The notes under the pieces were generated by a model, which worked only from the letters and a program-made list of their open reading frames with translations, was not told the origin of the DNA and did no database searches. Source: Escherichia phage IrisVonRoten. Taken from it: a stretch of DNA of 64,000 bases. Both the position numbers and the translations under genes were made by a program. The first letter of the stretch is position 1. Each line of letters opens with the position of its first letter. Positions 10,064-19,866 of this stretch are shown piece by piece. The stretch lies in the sequence record MZ501075; one strand, 5' to 3'.

Positions 10064-10966
10064 ATGTACTACTCTCTAATGAGAGAGTCAAAAGTTATAG
10101 TTGAGTATGATGGTAGGGCATTTCATTTTGATGCCCTATCAAACTATGATGTACAAACCTCCTACGAAGAATTTAAGACTCTTCGTAGGACTATTCATCG
10201 TAGAACTAACTATGCAGACTCTATTATAAATGCTCAAACTCCTTCTTCTATCTCTCTAGCAGTAAATTTTAGTAATACGCTTACCGAAGCTAATTTCTTC
10301 GAATGGCTAGGTTTTGATAGAAAAGGTAATACTTTCTTACTACCACTATATAGTAACAATATTGAACCTATTATGTTTAATATCTATATAGTAAATAAAG
10401 ATAATAACTGTGTATATTTTGAGAACTGCTATGTATCTACTGTAGATTTTTCTTTGGATAAGAATATACCAATTCTTAACGTTGGTATTGAGTCAGGGAA
10501 ATTCTCCGAGGTATCTACATATAGAGAAGCAGCTTCTATTATACAAGGTGAAGCAATGTCTTATAGCCCGGTAATAGTTTCTACTAACGGTAGCATCTTA
10601 CCTGGCCTTATTTCCGCCTCTTTATCTTTTCAACAGCAATGCTCTTGGAGAGAAGATAAGAGTGTTTTTGATATAAATAAAATCTATAATAATAAAAGAG
10701 CCTATGTAAATGAAATGAATGCTTCAGCAACCATTTCTCTATATTACTTAAAACGTTTTGCTGGAGATATGGTTTACAATATCGAACCAGAGACCGATGT
10801 ACCTTTAAATATAAGAAATAATAATATTTCTATAGATTTTCCTTTAGCACGTATTACAAAACGCCTAGATTTCTCAGATGTGTATAAAGTTGAGTGGGAT
10901 ATTATACCTACTGCTTCTTCAGACCCAGTGAGAATAGATTTCTTTGGAGAAATTAAAAATGATTAA
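10064..10966 (+). CDS. tail-associated protein of unknown function (T5 p140-like)
   Basis: 300 aa; AT-rich codon usage; position between tube and chaperone genes. Confidence 0.3.
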   Translation: MYYSLMRESKVIVEYDGRAFHFDALSNYDVQTSYEEFKTLRRTIHRRTNYADSIINAQTPSSISLAVNFSNTLTEANFFEWLGFDRKGNTFLLPLYSNNIEPIMFNIYIVNKDNNCVYFENCYVSTVDFSLDKNIPILNVGIESGKFSEVSTYREAASIIQGEAMSYSPVIVSTNGSILPGLISASLSFQQQCSWREDKSVFDINKIYNNKRAYVNEMNASATISLYYLKRFAGDMVYNIEPETDVPLNIRNNNISIDFPLARITKRLDFSDVYKVEWDIIPTASSDPVRIDFFGEIKND

Positions 10967-11363
10967 TTTAAAAGATATTACTCTTGATACCCGCACTATT
11001 ACTCTTTCATACCCAGGTATGCCGAACTTTAAGCTAGAACTTAACTATATGTCTCGTGCTACCTCTAAACGTGTTATTTCTTCTGCTAAACGTGACGAAT
11101 GGGTTAATGGTACGCTGATACAAGTACAGGATGACGATAAGTTTATTGAAGCTTTCGTTGATGCTGCAATTAAAGGTTGGACTGGTTTGACTGTAGGCGA
11201 CGTTGAAAAGCTGATGCTGATTGAAACAGATGCTGATCCTACTACTGAAGTTCCATTTAGTCGTGATAATGCTGTAATGCTTATGCAGAACTCTGCTGCG
11301 TTTGATTCTTGGATCAACCAGACAGTGTTCCACCTCGACACTTTTCGTAGCTCAAAAGCGTAA
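10959..11363 (+). CDS. putative tape-measure chaperone (gpG-like)
   Basis: ~134 aa from ATG 10959 (track ORF begins at TTG 10944); position upstream of tape measure; overlaps next ORF in another frame. Confidence 0.35.
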   Translation: MINLKDITLDTRTITLSYPGMPNFKLELNYMSRATSKRVISSAKRDEWVNGTLIQVQDDDKFIEAFVDAAIKGWTGLTVGDVEKLMLIETDADPTTEVPFSRDNAVMLMQNSAAFDSWINQTVFHLDTFRSSKA

Positions 11364-11793
11364 AGAACTACTAGATGCTGTTGCTGATTTTGCCGATAAG
11401 TGTATTAAAAGCTCAGCATCTAAAATGACTAAACAACAATATTTAATACTTTGTGAGTCAATGGGTATAGAACCTGATCCTAAGGCTATGCCTGTTGAAC
11501 TTGAAGACTTTCCACCTATTGTAGCTATTAGTATGAATATTTATAATAGTCTAGTTGACTGTTTCATACCTGGTGACTTTCCTATATTTATAGGTAAAGA
11601 CAAAGCTGCTTTAGGTGTTTTATTTGATATTTATGGGATTACTGATCCTATAGAGAAAGAATTTGTTCTACACATTATCAATATATTTGATGCTAAAGCT
11701 GTAGATGCTGCACGTAAACGTGCTGAGAAGCATAAACCGCAAAACGGAAGGATTCCTAACGTTAAGCCACATGCTAGATCTCGTGCACGGTAA
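11302..11793 (+). CDS. putative tape-measure chaperone extension (gpT-like) or independent small tail protein
   Basis: 163-aa ORF opening in the +1 frame ~60 nt before the stop of the preceding ORF; no convincing own RBS at the TTG start. Confidence 0.3.
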   Translation: MILGSTRQCSTSTLFVAQKRKELLDAVADFADKCIKSSASKMTKQQYLILCESMGIEPDPKAMPVELEDFPPIVAISMNIYNSLVDCFIPGDFPIFIGKDKAALGVLFDIYGITDPIEKEFVLHIINIFDAKAVDAARKRAEKHKPQNGRIPNVKPHARSRAR

Positions 11794-11829
11794 AAGTTTC
11801 CTCCAATGGGGCGTTCCACGATGAGGCTT

Positions 11830-11861
11830 GGCTCTGGGTGATATGCCCAGAGCCTTTTTTA
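11830..11861 (+). terminator. rho-independent terminator
   Basis: GGCTCTGGG-7nt-CCCAGAGCC followed by TTTTTT. Confidence 0.65.
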
Positions 11862-11887
11862 TTTATAAACATATAGGTTGGTATAGT

Positions 11888-12640
11888 ATGGGAAAGAAGA
11901 TTACTAAACAGGATAGAGAGTCTCAGATAAGCAACATTTGCAATGATAAAAATTTATCCTTTGTTGGCTGGATAGGTGAGTACACTAATATTAAAAGCAC
12001 CCTTACACTTAAGTGTAATAAATGTTATTACACCTGGTCTCCTAGGTTGGATAACTTTTTACGGATTACTGCCCAAAAATGCCCTGCATGCGCAGGCAAA
12101 GCTAGATGGACGAAGGAAGAAAGAGAAGAACAAATAAAAAGTAAGTGTGCCGAGAAAGGATATAACTTTCTATCTTGGTCTTCCACCTATATTAATAAAG
12201 ATTCTAAGATTATACTTAAATGTTTAAAAGATGGTTGTATCTGGGATGTGTCTATACACCATTTTATTAATCACGATACAGGGTGTCCTGATTGTGCTTC
12301 AGGAGGATTTAATCCTAATATACCAGCTACTTTTTATATACAGAAATTAACGTATCAAGGGACTCACTTTCTAAAATTTGGGATCACTGGTAAGGATGTA
12401 CTAGAGAGAATGAGGCAGCAAAGCAATAAATCACTATGCGAGCACTCGGTAATTTTTTCTCATACTTTTTCTTATGGTTCTATGGCTAGGGGGCTAGAAA
12501 AAGTAGTAAAGGACTCAGTAAACACAGGAGTATTAGATAAACATATCCTTCCAGATGGGTACACCGAAACTTGTCACTACTCTGAGCTAGAAACTATACT
12601 ATCTTTAACTAATAGTTTTATACAGGAAAACATTAGATGA
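11888..12640 (+). CDS. putative homing endonuclease, T5orf172/GIY-YIG-like (paralog of 1971-2645)
   Basis: two N-terminal Cys-rich modules (KCPACAG, GCPDCAS) aligning with those of ORF 1971-2645; C-terminal FYIQKL..FLKFGITGKDVLERMRQ; inserted between chaperone genes and tape measure; stop overlaps tape measure start. Confidence 0.5.
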   Translation: MGKKITKQDRESQISNICNDKNLSFVGWIGEYTNIKSTLTLKCNKCYYTWSPRLDNFLRITAQKCPACAGKARWTKEEREEQIKSKCAEKGYNFLSWSSTYINKDSKIILKCLKDGCIWDVSIHHFINHDTGCPDCASGGFNPNIPATFYIQKLTYQGTHFLKFGITGKDVLERMRQQSNKSLCEHSVIFSHTFSYGSMARGLEKVVKDSVNTGVLDKHILPDGYTETCHYSELETILSLTNSFIQENIR

Positions 12641-15600
12641 CTGATAAGCTAATACGAGAATTACTAATAGATGTTAAACAGAAAGGGGCAACCCGTACTG
12701 CAAAGTCTATTGAAAACGTATCTGATGCGTTGGAAAACGCTGCTGCTGCTTCCGAACTGACAAATGAGCAGTTAGGTAAAATGCCCAAAACCCTTTACTC
12801 CATTGAGAGGGCAGCGGATAGAGCAGCAAAAAGTCTTACTAAAATGCAAGCTAGTAGGGGTATGGCTGGTATCACTAAATCCATTGATGGTATTGGTGAT
12901 AAGCTAGATTACCTGGCTATCCAACTTATTGAAGTAACAGATAAACTAGAAATTGGATTCGATGGAGTTTCTAGATCTGTTAAAACAATGGGTAATGATG
13001 TTGCAGCTGCAACAGAAAAAGTCCAGGATAGATTATACGATACTAATAGGGCTTTAGGCGGTACATCTAGAGGGTTTAATGACACTGCTGGTGCTGCCGG
13101 TAGGGCTTCTAGAGCTTTAGGTAATACTTCCGGTTCCGCACGCGGAGCTACTCGTGACTTTGCAGCAATGGCTAAGATCGGCGGTAGGTTACCTATTATG
13201 TATGCAGCTCTTGCTTCTAACGTATTCGTCCTACAGACTGCTTTTGAGAGCCTAAAAGTAGGTGACCAGCTAAATAGGCTGGAACAGTTCGGCACTATTG
13301 TTGGCACCATGACAGGTACACCGGTACAGACACTAGCTTTATCACTACAAAACGCTACTAATGGTGCTATATCCTTTGAAGAGGCTATGCGTCAAGCATC
13401 CTCTGCTTCCGCTTATGGATTTGACAGCGAACAACTAGAGCAGTTCGGTTTAGTAGCACGTCGTGCGGCTGCTGTTCTTGGTGTTGATATGACTGACGCA
13501 CTTAACCGTGTAATTAAGGGTGTATCAAAGCAAGAAATCGAACTTCTGGATGAACTTGGTGTTACTATTCGTCTTAACGATGCGTATGAAAATTACGTTA
13601 AACAATTAAATGCTACCAGTACAGGTATTAAATATACTGTAGATAGTTTAACTACATACCAGAAACAACAAGCGTATGCAAATGAAGTTATTGCAGAGTC
13701 TACTCGTAGATTTGGATACCTAGATGATGCTCTTAAGGCAACCTCTTGGGAACAATTTGCTGCCAATGCTAACTCAGCTCTAAGAAGTTTACAACAAAGT
13801 GCTGCAACATACTTAAATCCTGTTATGGATACCCTTAATACTTTCTTATACCAAACTAAAGCTTCTCAGATGAGAGTTTCTGCAATGGCACGTAGTGCAT
13901 CCGCTAAAACTACTCCATCCGAAAACGTTACAGCTTTAATAGAGAATGCTGTAGGGGCACGAGAAGATCTAGATACGTATCTTAAAGAAAGCGAAGAACG
14001 TGTTAAGAAAGCTCAAGAGCTTAAGCAGAAATTGGATGATCTTAAGGCAAAACAGGCGGCTTCTGCTCCTGTCGCTAATGCTTTTGCTTCCCTCAGTATT
14101 GGGGGTGATGAGAGTAATAAGTTAGTAGCACAACTCACTAATGAATATATTCGTCAAAACAAAGAACTAGAAGAACGCGCCAAAACTGAGAAGGTTCTAA
14201 GACAAGCGGTACAGGATACTGGAGAAGCTCTATTACGTAACGGCAAACTAGCTGAGCAGTTAGGCGCTAAGATGAAGTATGCTGCTACTGCTGTTCCAGG
14301 AGACAAAGGAGTATTCGAAGTTGATCCTAATAACCTCAAAGCTGTATCAGAGATACAGAAGAACTTTGATTTTCTGAAGAAAAGCTCTAGTGATACTGCA
14401 AATAACATAAGAATGGCGGCAAGTAGTATTACTAACGCTAAAAAGGCCTCTAGTGACCTAAATAGTGTTGTAAAAGCAGTAGAAGATACTTCTAAAGTAA
14501 CCGGGCAAAGTGCAGATACTCTAGTTAAGAACCTAAATCTAGGTTTCTCAAGCCTAGATCAAATGAAGAATGCTCAGAAAGGCCTAGCAGAATATGTAGC
14601 TGTTATGGATAAGGATGAGCAGAACGCGCTAGAAGTAGCTAAACGTAAGGACGAAGTTTACACTCGGACTAAGGATAAGGCTAAAGCAGAAGCAGCAGCT
14701 AGAGAGGTATTACTACGACAGCAGCAGGAACAGCTTACGGCCGCAAAAGCGTTGCTAGCTATTAACCCTAATGATCCGGAAGCATTAAAACAAGTAGCTA
14801 AGATAGAGACAGAAATTCTTAATACTAAAGCCCAGGGATTCGAAAATGCTAAGAAGACTAAAGACTATACTGATAAGATTCTTGGTGTAGATCGTGAGAT
14901 AGCTCTTCTGAATGACCGTACTATGACGAGTACTCAGTATCGTTTGGCGCAGTTAAGACTAGAGCTGCAGTTAGAGCAGGAAAAAACGGAATTATACTCT
15001 AAACAAGCGGATGGTCAAGCTAAAGTAGAACAGTCAAGGCGTGCTCAGGCACAGATAAGTAGAGAGCTATGGGAAGCAGAAAATCAGGCAACTGCCTCAC
15101 ATGTGTCAGCCCTCATGGATGCACTAGAAGTCAGCCAAACACAAAGAAATGTTACTGGCCAATCCCAAATTCTTACGGAAAGACTATCCATTCTGCAGCA
15201 ACAGCTGGAACTATCTAAGGGTAATACGGAAGAGGAGCTTAAGTATCGTAATGAGATTTATAAAACTGCTGCCGCTTTAGAGCAACTTAGAAAGCAGAGA
15301 GAAAGTCAGATGCAGCAACAGGTAGGATCTTCTGTAGGTGCTGTATACACCCCTACTACTGGGTTAATCGGGGAAGATAAAGATTTTGCTGATATGCAAA
15401 ATAGAATGGCTTCTTATGATCAGGCAATCTCTAAGCTATCTGAATTAAATTCTGAAGCAACTGCAGTAGCACAAAGTATGGGTAACTTAACTAATGCTAT
15501 GATTCAGTTCTCAATGAAATCACTAGATACTACTTCCACGATCGCAGCAGGTATGCAAGCTGTATCTTCTGTGATTCAGTATAGTGCTAGTCAGCAGGTT

Positions 15601-16296
15601 AGTGCAATTGATCAGGCTATTGCAGCAGAACAGAAACGTGATGGTAAATCAGAAGCATCCAAAGCTAAGTTGAAGAAGTTGGAAGCTGAAAAGCTGAAGA
15701 TTCAACAAGACGCAGCTAAGAAGCAGATTATCATCCAAACTGCAGTAGCTGTAATGCAGGCGGCAACAGCTGTTCCATACCCGTTCTCTATTCCTTTGAT
15801 GGTGGCGGCAGGTTTGGCGGGTGCCTTAGCTCTTGCTCAAGCATCTTCTGCATCTGGTATGTCAAGTATTGCTGATTCTGGAGCGGATACAACTAGTTAC
15901 CTAACCTTAGGAGAGCGTCAGAAGAATATAGATGTGTCTATGTCTGCTAATGCTGGTGAATTATCTTATATCCGTGGTGATAAAGGCATAGGCGGTGCTA
16001 ACTCTTTCGTTCCTCGTGCTGAGGGTGGTAATATGTACCCTGGGGTTAGCTATCAAATGGGTGAGCATGGTACAGAAGTAGTTACCCCTATGGTTCCTAT
16101 GAAAGCTACGCCTAATGATGAGCTAAAAACCTCATCTAACTCAACTTCAGGAAGACCTATCATCCTGAATATTAGTGCTATGGATGCTGCAAGTTTTAGA
16201 GAGTTTGCTTCTAGTAATAGTGGTGCTCTAAGAGACGCAGTAGAATTAGCTCTGAACGAGAACGGTGCTAGTCTGAAAACATTAGGAAATTCTTAA
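12637..16296 (+). CDS. tail tape measure protein (pb2-like)
   Basis: 1219 aa, long helical/coiled-coil low-complexity protein; identical length to T5 pb2 as recalled; optimal codon bias. Confidence 0.9.
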   Translation: MTDKLIRELLIDVKQKGATRTAKSIENVSDALENAAAASELTNEQLGKMPKTLYSIERAADRAAKSLTKMQASRGMAGITKSIDGIGDKLDYLAIQLIEVTDKLEIGFDGVSRSVKTMGNDVAAATEKVQDRLYDTNRALGGTSRGFNDTAGAAGRASRALGNTSGSARGATRDFAAMAKIGGRLPIMYAALASNVFVLQTAFESLKVGDQLNRLEQFGTIVGTMTGTPVQTLALSLQNATNGAISFEEAMRQASSASAYGFDSEQLEQFGLVARRAAAVLGVDMTDALNRVIKGVSKQEIELLDELGVTIRLNDAYENYVKQLNATSTGIKYTVDSLTTYQKQQAYANEVIAESTRRFGYLDDALKATSWEQFAANANSALRSLQQSAATYLNPVMDTLNTFLYQTKASQMRVSAMARSASAKTTPSENVTALIENAVGAREDLDTYLKESEERVKKAQELKQKLDDLKAKQAASAPVANAFASLSIGGDESNKLVAQLTNEYIRQNKELEERAKTEKVLRQAVQDTGEALLRNGKLAEQLGAKMKYAATAVPGDKGVFEVDPNNLKAVSEIQKNFDFLKKSSSDTANNIRMAASSITNAKKASSDLNSVVKAVEDTSKVTGQSADTLVKNLNLGFSSLDQMKNAQKGLAEYVAVMDKDEQNALEVAKRKDEVYTRTKDKAKAEAAAREVLLRQQQEQLTAAKALLAINPNDPEALKQVAKIETEILNTKAQGFENAKKTKDYTDKILGVDREIALLNDRTMTSTQYRLAQLRLELQLEQEKTELYSKQADGQAKVEQSRRAQAQISRELWEAENQATASHVSALMDALEVSQTQRNVTGQSQILTERLSILQQQLELSKGNTEEELKYRNEIYKTAAALEQLRKQRESQMQQQVGSSVGAVYTPTTGLIGEDKDFADMQNRMASYDQAISKLSELNSEATAVAQSMGNLTNAMIQFSMKSLDTTSTIAAGMQAVSSVIQYSASQQVSAIDQAIAAEQKRDGKSEASKAKLKKLEAEKLKIQQDAAKKQIIIQTAVAVMQAATAVPYPFSIPLMVAAGLAGALALAQASSASGMSSIADSGADTTSYLTLGERQKNIDVSMSANAGELSYIRGDKGIGGANSFVPRAEGGNMYPGVSYQMGEHGTEVVTPMVPMKATPNDELKTSSNSTSGRPIILNISAMDAASFREFASSNSGALRDAVELALNENGASLKTLGNS

Positions 16297-16300
16297 AACT

Positions 16301-16330
16301 GGAGGAGGACTCAAAGTCCTCCTTTTCTTT
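16301..16330 (+). terminator. rho-independent terminator after tape measure gene
   Basis: GGAGGACT-CAA-AGTCCTCC followed by TTTTCTTT. Confidence 0.65.
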
Positions 16331-16349
16331 ATGGAAAAATAAAAATTTC

Positions 16350-16378
16350 TTGATAAAATTTTCTAATACTATTATAAT
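16350..16378 (+). promoter_or_regulatory. sigma70-like promoter upstream of Dit gene
   Basis: TTGATA-N17-TATAAT followed by ATTAAAGAGGAGAAATTAACTATG, which matches the T5-derived RBS used in pQE expression vectors as I recall it. Confidence 0.5.
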
Positions 16379-16405
16379 ATTGTTATTAAAGAGGAGAAAT
16401 TAACT

Positions 16406-17020
16406 ATGAGATTACCAGACCCATACACGAATCCAGAACTTTCAGGCTTAGGATTCGAAAGTGTTAACCTGATTGATAATGACCCAGTAATTCGTGATGA
16501 GTTACCAAATGGTAAAGTTAACGAAGTTAAGGTATCTGCTCAATACTGGGGTATAAATATTTCTTATCCAGAATTATTTCCAGATGAATATAGTGTTCTA
16601 GATGCTTTTATTCTAGAATACAAAAGGACTGGTGGTTATATAGATGTTATATTACCCCAATACGAAGCTTTTAGAGTTAGAGGTAATACTAGTCTAGTAA
16701 GTATACCTGCTGGACAGAAGGGTTCTAATATAACTATGGATACAAAAGGGCTTCTTACAGGTACTCCAAAACCAGGGGATCTATTTAAGCTATCTAACCA
16801 CCCAAAAGTATATAAAATAACATCATTTAACAAATCAGGTAATACATGGTCCATAAACTTATACCCTGATTTATTTATAACTACTACTGGAGCGGAGAAG
16901 CCAGTATTTAATGGAATACTATTTAGAACAAAACTCATGAATGGTGATGCTTTCGGATCTACATTAAATAATAACGGAACATATTCCGGCATCTCATTAA
17001 ATTTACGGGAAAGTTTATGA
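16406..17020 (+). CDS. distal tail protein Dit (pb9-like)
   Basis: 204 aa, same size as T5 pb9 as recalled; directly after tape measure. Confidence 0.7.
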   Translation: MRLPDPYTNPELSGLGFESVNLIDNDPVIRDELPNGKVNEVKVSAQYWGINISYPELFPDEYSVLDAFILEYKRTGGYIDVILPQYEAFRVRGNTSLVSIPAGQKGSNITMDTKGLLTGTPKPGDLFKLSNHPKVYKITSFNKSGNTWSINLYPDLFITTTGAEKPVFNGILFRTKLMNGDAFGSTLNNNGTYSGISLNLRESL

Positions 17021-19866
17021 AGAAAATACTAGATAGTGCTAGAAACTACTTAAAAAATAATAGCAGAATAAAAACTGCTAGTCTAATTTCTCTAGAATTA
17101 CCTGGCTCTACTGGTACTAGTACTGCTTTTATTTACTTAACTGATTATTTTAGAGATGTACTATATAATGGTATTTTGTACCAGGCCGGTAAAGTTAAGT
17201 CTATTAGCACACATAAACAAAATAGAGATTTATCTATTGGCAGTCTATCTTTTACTATTACGGGTACAGCGCAGGATGAAGTACTGAAATTAGTGCAGAA
17301 TGGTGTATCCTTTTTAGATAGACTAGTATCAATCCACCAAGCAATTATTACAGAGGATGGTTCTATTTTACCTGTAGACCCAGACACAAATGGCCCTTTA
17401 TTATACTTTAGAGGGAGAATTACTGGTGGGGGTATTAAGGACAATATTAGTACTTCTGGGGTTGGAACCTCCACAATTACTTGGAATTGTTCTAACCAAT
17501 TCTATGATTTTGATAGGGTTAATGGTAGATTTACTGATGATGCTTCTCACAGAGGGCTTGAAGTTGTGGCAGGACAATTAGTTCCATCTAACGGGGCTAA
17601 AAGACTTGAATACCAAGAAGATTATGGGTTCTTTCATGCTAATAAAAGTATCTCTATTCTAGCAAAATATCAGGTACAGGAAGAAAGATACAAGCTAAAG
17701 TCTAAGAAAAAGCTATTTGGCCTATCTAGAAGCTATAGTCTTAAAAAGTATTATGAGACTGTTACTAAAGAAGTAGATATAGATTTTAACCTTGCTGCTA
17801 AGTATATACCAGTAGTTTATGGTGTACAGAAAATACCGGGAATACCTATTTTTGCGGATACGGAATTACACAATCCTAATATAGTTTACGTAGTATATGC
17901 TTTTGCTGAAGGAGAGATAGACGGTTTTCTTGACTTTTCCTTCGGGGATAACCCTATGATTTGTATGGACTCTAATGATAGCTCTGCTAGAACCTGTTTC
18001 GGTGTTAAAAAAGTAGCTGGAGACACCATGCAAAGAATAGCATCAGGAGTATCTTCTAGTAGTCCTTCTGTGCATGGTCAGGAATATAAGTATAATGATG
18101 GTAATGGTGATATAAGGATTTGGACTTATCATGGAAAAGCAGACCAAACGGCTTCTGAAGTATTAGTAGACATAGCGAAAGAACGTGGGTTCTACCTTCA
18201 AAATATGAACGGTAATGGGCCTGAATACTGGGATGCTAGGTATAAACTACTAGATACTGCATACGCGGTAGTACGTTTTACTATTAATGAAAATAGGACT
18301 GAGATTCCAGAAGTTAGTGCTGAGATTCAGGGTAAGAAGATAAAAATCTATCATTCTGATGGTAGAGTAACTGCTAATAGTACTAGTTTAAATGGTATTT
18401 GGCAAACACTTGATTACTTAACTTCAGATAGATACGGAGCTAACATTACTATTGATCAGTTCCCTCTTCAACAATTGATACAAGAAGCTGCTATCCTAGA
18501 TATTATAGATGAATCTTACCAAGTATCCTGGCAACCATACTGGAGATACGTTGGGTGGACTGATCCATTAGCAGAAAATAGACAAATAGTACAAATGAAT
18601 ACTATTCTAGATACATCTGAATCAGTATTTAAAAACGTACAAGGTTTGTTAGAGTCCTACGGTGGGGCTATTAACAACTTATCCGGTCAGTATAGGATTA
18701 CTGTAGAAAAATATTCTAATACTCCATTAGAGATTAATTTTCTGGATACTTATGGTGATTTGGAGCTATCAGATACTACTGGTAGAAATAAATTCAACTC
18801 AGTTCAAGCATCTATCATAGACCCAGCTCTTAGCTGGAAAACTAATGCTATTACCTTTTACAACTCTAAATATAAAGAGCAAGATAAAAATCTAGACAAA
18901 AAATTACAGTTATCTTTTGCAAATATAACTAACTACTATACTGCTAGAAGTTTTGCAGACAGAGAACTTAAGAAATCTAGGTATTCTAGAACCCTCTCAT
19001 TTTCTTTACCATATCAATTCATTGGTATTGAGCCTAACGATGCTATTGCATTTACATACGACCGTTATGGATGGGATAAGAAATACTTTTTAGTAGATGA
19101 AGTAGAAAACTCTAGAGAAGGAAAGATAAACGTCACCCTACAGGAGTATGGAGAAGATGTATTTATCAACTCTGATCAAGTAGATAATAGTGGTAATGAT
19201 ATACCAGATATTAGTAACAATGTTCTTCCTCCTAGAGATTTTAAATATACTCCTACACCCGGTGGTTTAGTTGGCTCTATAGGAAAAAATGGTGAGCTAT
19301 CTTGGCTTCCAAGTTTAACTAATAACGTAGTTTATTACTCTATCGTGCATTCAGGTCATGCTGAACCCTATATCGTGCAACAACTAGAAACAAACCCCAA
19401 TGAACGCATGATCCAAGAGATAATTGGAGAGCCTGCAGGTTTAGCAATATTTGAAATAAGGGCTGTGGATATAAACGGTAGAAGAAGTTCTCCAGTAACA
19501 TTATCTATAGAACTTAACTCTGCTAAAAACCTAAGCGTAGTATCTAATTTTAGAGTAACTAATACGGCCTCTGGGGATGTAACTGAGTTTGTAGGCCCAG
19601 ATGTAAAACTAGCTTGGGATAGGATACCGGAAGAAGATATAATAGAAAGTATATTCTATACTCTGGAGATCTATGATTCTCAGAATAGAATGCTAAGAAG
19701 TGTACGCATTGAAAATCAGTATACTTATGACTATTTATTAACATATAATAAGGCAGATTTTGCTCTTCATAACAGTGGTGCTCTAGGGATCAATAGAAAA
19801 CTATATTTTCGTATTAGAGCAGAAGGAGATGATGGAGAACAGTCTGTGGAGTGGGCATCCATTTAA
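17017..19866 (+). CDS. baseplate hub protein (pb3-like)
   Basis: 949 aa, same size as T5 pb3 as recalled; follows Dit with ATGA overlap. Confidence 0.7.
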   Translation: MKKILDSARNYLKNNSRIKTASLISLELPGSTGTSTAFIYLTDYFRDVLYNGILYQAGKVKSISTHKQNRDLSIGSLSFTITGTAQDEVLKLVQNGVSFLDRLVSIHQAIITEDGSILPVDPDTNGPLLYFRGRITGGGIKDNISTSGVGTSTITWNCSNQFYDFDRVNGRFTDDASHRGLEVVAGQLVPSNGAKRLEYQEDYGFFHANKSISILAKYQVQEERYKLKSKKKLFGLSRSYSLKKYYETVTKEVDIDFNLAAKYIPVVYGVQKIPGIPIFADTELHNPNIVYVVYAFAEGEIDGFLDFSFGDNPMICMDSNDSSARTCFGVKKVAGDTMQRIASGVSSSSPSVHGQEYKYNDGNGDIRIWTYHGKADQTASEVLVDIAKERGFYLQNMNGNGPEYWDARYKLLDTAYAVVRFTINENRTEIPEVSAEIQGKKIKIYHSDGRVTANSTSLNGIWQTLDYLTSDRYGANITIDQFPLQQLIQEAAILDIIDESYQVSWQPYWRYVGWTDPLAENRQIVQMNTILDTSESVFKNVQGLLESYGGAINNLSGQYRITVEKYSNTPLEINFLDTYGDLELSDTTGRNKFNSVQASIIDPALSWKTNAITFYNSKYKEQDKNLDKKLQLSFANITNYYTARSFADRELKKSRYSRTLSFSLPYQFIGIEPNDAIAFTYDRYGWDKKYFLVDEVENSREGKINVTLQEYGEDVFINSDQVDNSGNDIPDISNNVLPPRDFKYTPTPGGLVGSIGKNGELSWLPSLTNNVVYYSIVHSGHAEPYIVQQLETNPNERMIQEIIGEPAGLAIFEIRAVDINGRRSSPVTLSIELNSAKNLSVVSNFRVTNTASGDVTEFVGPDVKLAWDRIPEEDIIESIFYTLEIYDSQNRMLRSVRIENQYTYDYLLTYNKADFALHNSGALGINRKLYFRIRAEGDDGEQSVEWASI

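Noticed and set aside
12909-14408. Antisense ORFs 12909-13310 and 14154-14408 inside the tape measure gene
   Set aside because: Embedded in a 1219-aa ORF with strong codon bias; no independent expression signals.
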